A stretch of 64,000 bases of DNA from Bdellovibrionales bacterium (lineage in GTDB: Bacteria; Bdellovibrionota; Bdellovibrionia; Bdellovibrionales; UBA1609): assembly GCA_965243065.1 (NCBI GenBank), contig CBDETO010000005.1:1883520-1947519 (forward strand), in the 5' to 3' direction. The position numbers and the translations under genes are program-made. The notes beneath the pieces were generated by a model, which saw nothing but the letters and a program-made list of their open reading frames with translations, had not been told where the DNA came from and ran no database searches. The first letter of the stretch is position 1, and each line of letters begins with the position of its first letter. This document shows, in pieces, positions 57,062 through 64,000 of this stretch.

Positions 57062-57359
57062 ATCTATACTGATCTTGTTTAATCTCCGTTTTCAGGAAAA
57101 TGGGGAACAAAAATTCTATACCGGATCGGTATATTTGTATATGTTTTTTTAATGAGATAATATCGTTTTTTTGAAAAATTTATCAACTTCTTTGAAGATA
57201 ATACCGATCCTTAGAAGGAGGGGTGTGACATAGAAAGTAAGAGTATGTTATACCGAACCGGTCAGGAATGGGCGACACCTGCACTTCGTTCACTCTTGGG
57301 AAGGAGCTTCCCGTAGGAAGAAGTTTACAGAAATCATAAAATTCAAACAGGATCAGTAT

Positions 57360-58100
57360 ATGTCATTAATTCATAAAAATCACATAGAACACAAAACCAG
57401 CTTTTCAAGTGATAGGGAAAAAATGTGGCAGTTTTTTTTTCAATATCTTCGTCATAGAGGCATTTATGCCAGTCTCGTTTTTTCCTTTAATGCGTGCCGA
57501 GAGTGGCTGTGGTTTGCCTCCCATAGAAAAACGGCGGCTAATTTAATGAGCATGAATCTTATTGAAAAAGATCTGGAAAGCCATAAGCATGCTACCTATT
57601 ATGTTCCCACCCCGATTATTCCCTTTTTCAAGCTGATAAAAAGCTTAACTCTTTCTCCCTCTTCTGTGTTTGTGGATTATGGGGCTGGTAAAGGTCGGGC
57701 TATGATTTTAGCCGCAGAAAGTGGTGCTTTTTCTAAAATAAAAGGTTTAGAATTTAGTCCCTCTTTATTTGAGATAGCTCAGGAGAATATCCAGTCTTAC
57801 AAAAATAGGACCGGTCAAAACTGTTTTGAATTAATGCACGCTGATGTATTGACATATCAGGTTCAAAAGGAGGATAATTTCTTTTATTTTTTTCATCCCT
57901 TTAATGATGATATGTTAAGCGCGTGTTTGCAGAATATTTATCTTTCTTTGAAGGAGCATCCCAGAAAAGTTTTGTTAGTTTATCAAATTAACTCTCGAGA
58001 AAATACAAGTCATATCACAAAGGATGGAGTCTTTAAATTATTGAAAGCTTTTTTTTCTTATGGTGTGCGATTTTATATTTATGAACATTTCCCCGACTGA
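57360..58100 (+). CDS. Class I SAM-dependent methyltransferase
   Basis: Motif I VDYGAGKGRAMILAAE. 246 aa. Confidence 0.6.
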   Translation: MSLIHKNHIEHKTSFSSDREKMWQFFFQYLRHRGIYASLVFSFNACREWLWFASHRKTAANLMSMNLIEKDLESHKHATYYVPTPIIPFFKLIKSLTLSPSSVFVDYGAGKGRAMILAAESGAFSKIKGLEFSPSLFEIAQENIQSYKNRTGQNCFELMHADVLTYQVQKEDNFFYFFHPFNDDMLSACLQNIYLSLKEHPRKVLLVYQINSRENTSHITKDGVFKLLKAFFSYGVRFYIYEHFPD

Positions 58101-58311
58101 TATAGGAGATCACCGCTTTACTGCCATTTATCCTTATAGGTAGAATTTCAATACCTACATCAATAGTAACCAAACATTACCTGAGCTTTGTATTTTTCAA
58201 AAATAGGAGAGTTTAAAACTCCAAAAATGGAGTTTAATAGCTTGTAAAATAGAAAATTTGAACTTATACTTGATCGGATTGAACATATATCCGTTTGCTG
58301 AGGAAGATAAA

Positions 58312-59406
58312 ATGTGGAAATTAATATTATCTATTTTAATAGGTTTTGTTCTCCTATTAAGTTGTCATCAACACAATACAGATGGTCCTCCCGAAGGAAC
58401 TCCTGTTGGGTCTGATGAGGGCCAGATAGAAGGACCCACATTAAATGAGGGGGATAATCCGCTTTTTACTTCTTTTACTCTTCCAACCTGTTCAGAAAAT
58501 GATTGTTGTTATAAAAACACAGATTGTTTTTCACAGTGTGAGAGTCTATTTCCTTTAGGGGAGGATAAAAAAAGATGTTTAAAATTACCTATAGAGTGGG
58601 TAGATAAAATGCAGGAAACTGTAGATAGTAATTTAAAAGATCCAAAATGGGATCATCTAGTATATATGGAGTTATCTGTCTTTTGGTCTATATTAGCTAT
58701 TTCTGAAAAGCCCTGGTTAGATAAAATAAGTGATTATAATAATAGAGAAGCGCGCCAGGTCTTGTACTGGCTAGCCTCCCAACCAGATATAAATGAGAAA
58801 GTTTTAAGTCATCTGCCAGGTCATCGGATACGATCACTGTTTTTGGCTTTATTTAGAAAAAACACCCGCTCTACATTGTTGGATGATAACGCTTTACTTT
58901 CTAGCCTGAAAGAACCCATAGAAGAAGATCAAAATACTTTTTTTGAAATAGCTGATAAGGTTAATAATAGTCTTATATCTATAGTGCATGAGCAGATTGT
59001 GGCTAAACATCTTTGTGATTATTCTATCAATCATCCCCGGCCTGTCCATTATATCAGTGATAGCCGTTATCAGGCTTGTGTGTTAGCTGTTTATTGTTAC
59101 ATTACAGGGGTTTATACAGAGGATTCGTATATGGTCACCAAAGAAAATGGTCGAAACGGACAAGTGTTGAGGGAGCGTCTGGCTAATGAATGGGAGGAAG
59201 ATAGTAAAGAAATAACTGATTTTATCGAGGCCCCCAACGATAAAGGAGGACTGGGAATTATGGATAATGCGGATGATTGGCCTGATGCAGCTTGTGTAAA
59301 ACTGAAGCAACTATGGGATGATGGGAACCTCAAATTTGGATTGCAGCAAAGGGAAAGGCCCTCTTGGTGGTTTCCTGAGTTTGAAGACGCGTATTATTGG
59401 GAATAG
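58312..59406 (+). CDS. Cys-motif lipoprotein, paralog P3
   Basis: ATG 58312 with GAGGAAG RBS (track start 58258 is TTG). Lipobox LLLSC. TCSENDCCYKNTDCFSQCESL...RCLKLPIEWVDKM...REARQVLYWLAS. Confidence 0.6.
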   Translation: MWKLILSILIGFVLLLSCHQHNTDGPPEGTPVGSDEGQIEGPTLNEGDNPLFTSFTLPTCSENDCCYKNTDCFSQCESLFPLGEDKKRCLKLPIEWVDKMQETVDSNLKDPKWDHLVYMELSVFWSILAISEKPWLDKISDYNNREARQVLYWLASQPDINEKVLSHLPGHRIRSLFLALFRKNTRSTLLDDNALLSSLKEPIEEDQNTFFEIADKVNNSLISIVHEQIVAKHLCDYSINHPRPVHYISDSRYQACVLAVYCYITGVYTEDSYMVTKENGRNGQVLRERLANEWEEDSKEITDFIEAPNDKGGLGIMDNADDWPDAACVKLKQLWDDGNLKFGLQQRERPSWWFPEFEDAYYWE

Positions 59407-59436
59407 TTTCTTATGCCCATCCTTTGGTATTGGTAT

Positions 59437-59523
59437 GATGTCCACTCTTGCGAGGACGGGGTACTGATATTTCCAAACTTTCTAAGCCAGCTTTAACGAT
59501 GTCCACTCTTGCGAGGACGGGGT
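59437..59523. repeat. Two 26-bp direct repeats GATGTCCACTCTTGCGAGGACGGGGT separated by 35 bp
   Basis: Copies at 59437-59462 and 59498-59523, between convergent genes. Each can form a short bulged hairpin (GTC..CTC-TTGC-GAG-GAC). Confidence 0.8.
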
Positions 59524-59591
59524 TTTAAGTAAAAAGAGGCTCTGAAAGCCCCCCCTTCCATTTCCTTTCGGATCGGTGTAAAAAAGAGATA

Positions 59592-60785
59592 TTACTCTTC
59601 AGGGTTTGGATCTATTGGTTCGTCTATCGTTGTTGTTTCTTCTATTTTCTCTTCTTCTGTTTGCTCCCCCTCTTCTAAAGCTTGTTCGGCTGCTTGTTGG
59701 ATACGAGCATCTTCCATTGGATTTTCAAAAATATCATTTACAGATTCTACTTCTTCGATCATTTGAGGTTCAAAATGTTCTGTCGGCTCATTAAAAATTT
59801 CATCCACCTTTTTCTTCTTATGTCCACCTAGGGCTATAATTACAGAAGCTAAAAAAGTGTAGCCCCTGGAATAATTTGTGCCATTGATGTCAATATCTCC
59901 AGAAAGTCGTAAAGTGACATAAGGAAAATGCCAGCCTAACCATCCTGTAAAGCCAATTAAACCGGGGTTAGTTGAAAAAAATTTTAAGCTGCCAGCATTA
60001 ACGCGCTTGAGTAGATTAGTTCTATCTCCTAATACAGAAGAGGATTTATCCCTAGCTATAGACCAAAAACCATAAGAATAAAAGCCTATTTCAGCTATAT
60101 CCGACTTTAACATAGCCCCTGCTTTCCATTGTAAAATGGAGGATAAAGCCTGCGAGCGTATTTTAAAACCTCCATAAATAAAAGGATAAAACACCTCTCC
60201 AACGGCTCCATAAATCCATAAAGAAGGGGTAAAATGCAGACTTGCATCATCTGTAATGGGCTTTTCCGTTTGCGTTTTTATGGCAAAAAAAGGAAAAGAA
60301 AAACTAAACTCGGGTATAAAACCAAAGACTTTAGCTATTCTTTGTTGACTGCGAAAGGCTAAACCTGCCCTTTTTATTTGAGGTCCTGAAAAGCGCAAAC
60401 TTTCCCCATTTCCGCTTTGAGCAAACCAAAATCCGCTGGAAAACACCTCTACTTCAAACCAATTAGTGAGGCTATACCCTAAACTTAACTCCATATTCAT
60501 ATATTGAAAAAAAGGAGGGGAGGCATTGCTGTCAAGACCAAGGACCTGACGCAGAGGCTGAGAGGTAAAATTCTGTGTATAATTACTTTCTGTATAATAA
60601 TATCCTGTATTAAATTCTGTGTGAAATACGCCCCCACCACGGGAGAGAGGGAGAGTGAGGGAATCTTCTTGTGCTTTTAGTGAAAAAGGCGTGAAAACAA
60701 GAAAAAGGATGAAAAAGCAGGGATTTACTATCAAAAAATCAGGAATAGTACGAAGGATTATAAGAAATACATTTTTTAATTTCAT
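59592..60785 (-). CDS. Hypothetical exported protein, possibly an outer-membrane beta-barrel, with acidic C-terminal tail
   Basis: Start at ATG 60785 (MKLKNVFLII...FSLKAQ signal). Alternating aromatic/Gly-rich segments. C-terminal E/D-rich tail. No motif recognised. Confidence 0.45.
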   Translation of the reverse strand: MKLKNVFLIILRTIPDFLIVNPCFFILFLVFTPFSLKAQEDSLTLPLSRGGGVFHTEFNTGYYYTESNYTQNFTSQPLRQVLGLDSNASPPFFQYMNMELSLGYSLTNWFEVEVFSSGFWFAQSGNGESLRFSGPQIKRAGLAFRSQQRIAKVFGFIPEFSFSFPFFAIKTQTEKPITDDASLHFTPSLWIYGAVGEVFYPFIYGGFKIRSQALSSILQWKAGAMLKSDIAEIGFYSYGFWSIARDKSSSVLGDRTNLLKRVNAGSLKFFSTNPGLIGFTGWLGWHFPYVTLRLSGDIDINGTNYSRGYTFLASVIIALGGHKKKKVDEIFNEPTEHFEPQMIEEVESVNDIFENPMEDARIQQAAEQALEEGEQTEEEKIEETTTIDEPIDPNPEE

Positions 60786-61092
60786 ATTGATTTTTATGGG
60801 ACCTTTACCAAAATGCAATATTTTGGTGCTGTCACGAACTCCTATAAGGCCTGTCAATCAAACAAAAATCTGGCAAATACAATAATTATTTTAATATTAA
60901 GATGAAATAAGCCGAAAAATCAAGGTGAAAACAGGAGAATGAAAATAATACACTCATTAGCCGATAATAGGATCTTGATACTTCTGTGATTTAAAACTTC
61001 CTGGTTTTTACAGCTAATAAAAAATTTATATAGATAAGGGCTGAGAAATTTTAAAAGTGGGTGTTCTTTATTCAATATTTATTTGAGGGAAT

Positions 61093-63015
61093 ATGAGAAA
61101 AAATTATGAGAAAAAAGTTTTAATTGTTGAGGATGATAAAAACCTCGCTGAAAGCCTAGAGAATATTTTAAAAAAAAAAAAAATAGATACACAAGTGGTT
61201 CATTCTGCTCAAAAGGCAGAGCATTTTTGTTCTTTGAATAAATATGGATTACTTATAGTGGATGTGGTTCTTCCAAAAGTTAATGGAATTGATTTTTTAA
61301 AAAATATTATTGCTCAAGGTCTGTTAGACTCTCAATGTGCAGTATGGATTATCTCAGGTGTGTTAAATCAATATGTTGTATCCAAAGATATAAAAGATCA
61401 TGTAGATGGTTTTTTTAAAAAGCCTTTAAATCTCTCTTCCATTGAAGAAAAATTGGATACCTTATTTAATTCGTCTAACATCCTACTAAATAACATACCC
61501 TTTTTTTATATGGATTGGGATAATAATAAAAATGTTTTGAATAACAAAAAACATATTATCGCTGGCCATGAAATCATGTTTATTTGGTCTTATCTTTCCG
61601 CTATTCGTTTTAGTGGGTTATTAAATATAAGTTTCCATGATATGCGAGGGGAAGAAGATATTTTGTTCAAAGATGGAAATATTGTGAGTTTTGCAAATGG
61701 AGATGTGAATTCGTATCTAGGGGTTTTGTTAGTGAAAAATGACCTGGTGTCTAAGAAGGATATTAAAACATTACTCAATGAAGACACAGATGTTCCTTTA
61801 GGTGAGCGGCTGGTGAATGGTTGTTATATTAGTCCTCATCATTTGCATAAAATGCTCAAAGAACAACTCGCTATTCGTCTATTTCAAGTTATGGGGCATT
61901 CCTTGCTCTCTATTAAATGTGTGGATTTTACAGCTTCTACAAATTTTAATTATTCCACTTCTTTAGATAAAAGAGATCTTTTGTCTTTAGTAAGTAATTG
62001 GATAAAATCGAAGGTGAATAAAGAGTGGCTGAAAGATTTTTTTAATGAATGTAAAAATGTACGTATTAAACCTTTAAAAAAACCCTCTGTGACCAGGTAT
62101 TTTAGTGATTCCCGTAATTTAGCCTTTCTATCTTCTCCTGCTGTTACAGGTATAAAAACAGTATCAGAGGTCATTAAGGAAATGAATAAAGCAGAGGAGA
62201 CAGCTAGGCACGAGCTCTATTGTCGGATCTTAGTTAAAGAAAGTTGCTTGGAATATAATACTTCGAACAATGGTCATCTCCAGGCCCATGGAGATTATAA
62301 ATCCTTAATAAAGAAATATGCCAATTTTCTTAAAGCCGCAGACACAAAAAATTATTTTGAACTTATGAATGTGCCCCTCAATGCGTCTGTGAACGAAGTG
62401 GAGGCTAGCTATAAGAACCTGGTAAAAATCTTTCACCCGGATAGAAGAAATCGCAATATGCCAAAAGACCTGGAAGAAATAAGTGATAAGTGCTTTATTT
62501 TAGTGGGTGAAATGCATCAAACTTTGAGTAATCCAGAAAAAAAGGCACAATATCTTAAAAAGTTGGAAGTTAAAACTTATATGGATAGTTTTCAAGTTAA
62601 AGAGATGTATATGACAGGAAAGAACAATCTGAAATCAGGTCTTTACTCTTCCGCTTTAAAACAATTTGAGCTTATTTTTAATAATCGGTTGGCTCCTAAT
62701 GATACGATACTATACTATTTGTGGTCCAAGATAAAAAGTATGACTTTAGCTATGAATAAAGAAGAGCAAAATAAAATGAAAGAGCTTTTTGACAGTGTTG
62801 CTTTGGAGTGTCGTCAGACCGCTCTATTTTATTCTGTTAAAGGTTTGTTTATGAAAACGATAGGATATAAAAAACAGGCTTTTAGTTGTTTTTCAAAGGC
62901 TTTATTAATAGACCCTAAATTCACAATGGCTCGTGTAGAAAAATCTTCCTTGCAGAGAATGCAAAAAAAGAGTTTAAAATCATCTGTTATGGCTCTTTTT
63001 AAAAAGGGCGCGTGA
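61093..63015 (+). CDS. Response-regulator receiver domain protein fused to a J-domain (DnaJ-like) and TPR-like C-terminus
   Basis: REC: KVLIVEDDKNLAESL...LLIVDVVLPKVNGIDFLK...FFKKP. J-domain: NYFELMNVPLNASVNEVEASYKNLVKIFHPDRR (HPD). Confidence 0.7.
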   Translation: MRKNYEKKVLIVEDDKNLAESLENILKKKKIDTQVVHSAQKAEHFCSLNKYGLLIVDVVLPKVNGIDFLKNIIAQGLLDSQCAVWIISGVLNQYVVSKDIKDHVDGFFKKPLNLSSIEEKLDTLFNSSNILLNNIPFFYMDWDNNKNVLNNKKHIIAGHEIMFIWSYLSAIRFSGLLNISFHDMRGEEDILFKDGNIVSFANGDVNSYLGVLLVKNDLVSKKDIKTLLNEDTDVPLGERLVNGCYISPHHLHKMLKEQLAIRLFQVMGHSLLSIKCVDFTASTNFNYSTSLDKRDLLSLVSNWIKSKVNKEWLKDFFNECKNVRIKPLKKPSVTRYFSDSRNLAFLSSPAVTGIKTVSEVIKEMNKAEETARHELYCRILVKESCLEYNTSNNGHLQAHGDYKSLIKKYANFLKAADTKNYFELMNVPLNASVNEVEASYKNLVKIFHPDRRNRNMPKDLEEISDKCFILVGEMHQTLSNPEKKAQYLKKLEVKTYMDSFQVKEMYMTGKNNLKSGLYSSALKQFELIFNNRLAPNDTILYYLWSKIKSMTLAMNKEEQNKMKELFDSVALECRQTALFYSVKGLFMKTIGYKKQAFSCFSKALLIDPKFTMARVEKSSLQRMQKKSLKSSVMALFKKGA

Positions 63016-63021
63016 TTTTAT

Positions 63022-64000
63022 TTAAAATAAATATCGCCGATAGGAAACGGAGGAGATGACTCCTAATGCTGTCATCGTAGTTAATAGACTAGAACCTCCA
63101 TAAGAAAGGAGAGGAAGAGGGATCCCTACAACCGGTAAAATCCCCATAGTCATCCCAATATTGATAAACATGTGCCAGAACATATAAAAAGACATTCCTA
63201 CACAAAGGAATACTCCTACTTTGTCCTTGGATTGAAAAGCGGTGTGAAATCCAATGATAATTAAAAATAAAAATAATAAAATAGTGATCACACTGCCAAC
63301 AAACCCATGTTCTTCGCTTAAAACACTGAAGATAAAGTCTGTGTGACGCTCTGGTAGAAATTCCAATTGTGATTGGGTGCCTTTTTGAAATCCTTTACCT
63401 AAAAATTGTCCACTACCTATAGCAATTTTTGATTGAATTGTATTATAACCCGTTCCTCTAGGATCTCGTCCAGGAGAAATAAAAGTTAAAATTCTGTTTT
63501 TCTGATAATCTTTTAAAATAAACTGCCAGGCGATAGGGGAGATAGATAAAATAAAAAAAGTCAAAAAAAGTAAAATGTTTTTATGTACTTTTGCAAATAT
63601 GATGATAGAAATGGTGATAATGAGTATCATTAAAGCTGTCCCTAGATCGGGTTGAGCAATAATTAATAACACCGGAAGAAGAATAAGACATAGAGGTTTT
63701 ATCAGTTCTGTTAAGGTCATAGCTCTCCAGCTTCTCTTTGTTGATAGGAGACGAGCTAAAATAAAAATGAGAATGATTTTAAATGTCTCAGAGGGTTGAT
63801 AATTAAATAGCCCTAAATCCAACCATCTTCTGGAACCGCTGAGAACATTACCAAAAAAAGAAACCATAATTAAAAAAGTTAAATTTAATCCATAAAGGAT
63901 ATAGGCTACTCTTGTAAAGATGTGATAATTAATAAGCGAAATCAGAAGGAAAGTGCCTATACCCAGGGAGATCCAAATAAGTTGAAGATAAAATAAATGA
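63022..64000 (-). CDS. rodA: SEDS-family peptidoglycan polymerase RodA/FtsW, 3' part; N-terminus lies beyond the right edge
   Basis: RRWLDLGLFNYQPSETFKI, LPERHTDFIFSVLSEEHGF, GILPVVGIPLPLLSYGGSS. The frame stays open upstream of the track's Met to position 64000 (own translation ...LFYLQLIWISLGIGTFLLISLINYHIFTRVAYILYGLNLTFLIMVSFF). Confidence 0.85.
   Translation of the reverse strand, partial: HLFYLQLIWISLGIGTFLLISLINYHIFTRVAYILYGLNLTFLIMVSFFGNVLSGSRRWLDLGLFNYQPSETFKIILIFILARLLSTKRSWRAMTLTELIKPLCLILLPVLLIIAQPDLGTALMILIITISIIIFAKVHKNILLFLTFFILSISPIAWQFILKDYQKNRILTFISPGRDPRGTGYNTIQSKIAIGSGQFLGKGFQKGTQSQLEFLPERHTDFIFSVLSEEHGFVGSVITILLFLFLIIIGFHTAFQSKDKVGVFLCVGMSFYMFWHMFINIGMTMGILPVVGIPLPLLSYGGSSLLTTMTALGVISSVSYRRYLF

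Overview
Low-GC, Gram-negative-type chromosome segment (type IV pilin, lipoboxes, RodA, LplT-like MFS). I cannot assign taxonomy. All calls come from reading the ORF track, my own translations and motif memory; no database search was run.

The window has three parts.

(1) 1-15.5 kb is a visibly AT-richer accessory/defence island.
- The first half of a type I-E CRISPR-Cas operon lies on the minus strand (cas3-cse1-cse2-cas7). The remaining cas genes and the array must lie left of the window.
- It also carries an IS1595 transposase fragment, small ORFs with twin terminators, and a type IV pilin pair.
- There is an IS481-family element, and a STAND P-loop NTPase with a possible HEPN-like N-terminus.
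- Divergent from the NTPase is a 3-gene cassette: coiled-coil protein, ClpP-fold SDH-type serine protease, and a coupled 130-aa protein. I do not recognise this as a named system.
- An 818-bp block bounded by direct repeats holds a triplicated promoter/hairpin module, an NYN-domain gene stub and an IS3 fragment.

(2) 15.5-31 kb is the conserved core: tRNA-Gly, tRNA-Thr, tuf, tRNA-Trp, secE, nusG, rplK-rplA-rplJ-rplL, rpoB, rpoC. It has four anomalies.
- Three tandem tRNA-Thr-derived pseudo-tRNA units follow tRNA-Thr.
- The tRNA-Trp 3' end is duplicated around a GC-rich ~200-bp insert.
- A ~1.2-kb insertion sits between rplJ and rplL, flanked by 49-bp direct repeats. It carries a frameshifted metzincin gene and a Cys-rich lipoprotein.
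- A 16-codon uORF copies the rplL start.

(3) 31-64 kb is housekeeping: ung, dapF, an FNR-like reductase, LMW-PTP, MBL hydrolase, DedA, Sua5/TsaC, LplT-like MFS, maiA, heme O synthase, proS without the INS domain, ribH, a methyltransferase, a REC-J-domain protein and rodA. Interspersed with these are:
- a second, nearly identical IS481 copy;
- a ~3.4-kb almost non-coding repeat field (REP hairpins with GNRA loops, four MITE-like elements, (ACAT)28, and 18-, 20- and 61-bp tandem repeats);
- two very large Cys-rich secreted/surface ORFs (586 and 1194 aa), one with a perfect (SGGGS)10 repeat;
- three paralogous Cys-motif lipoproteins.

Best candidates for something undescribed, in order: the STAND plus protease cassette, the repeat-bracketed giant Cys-rich gene pair, the rplJ/rplL insertion, and the triplicated RNA module in front of the NYN gene.
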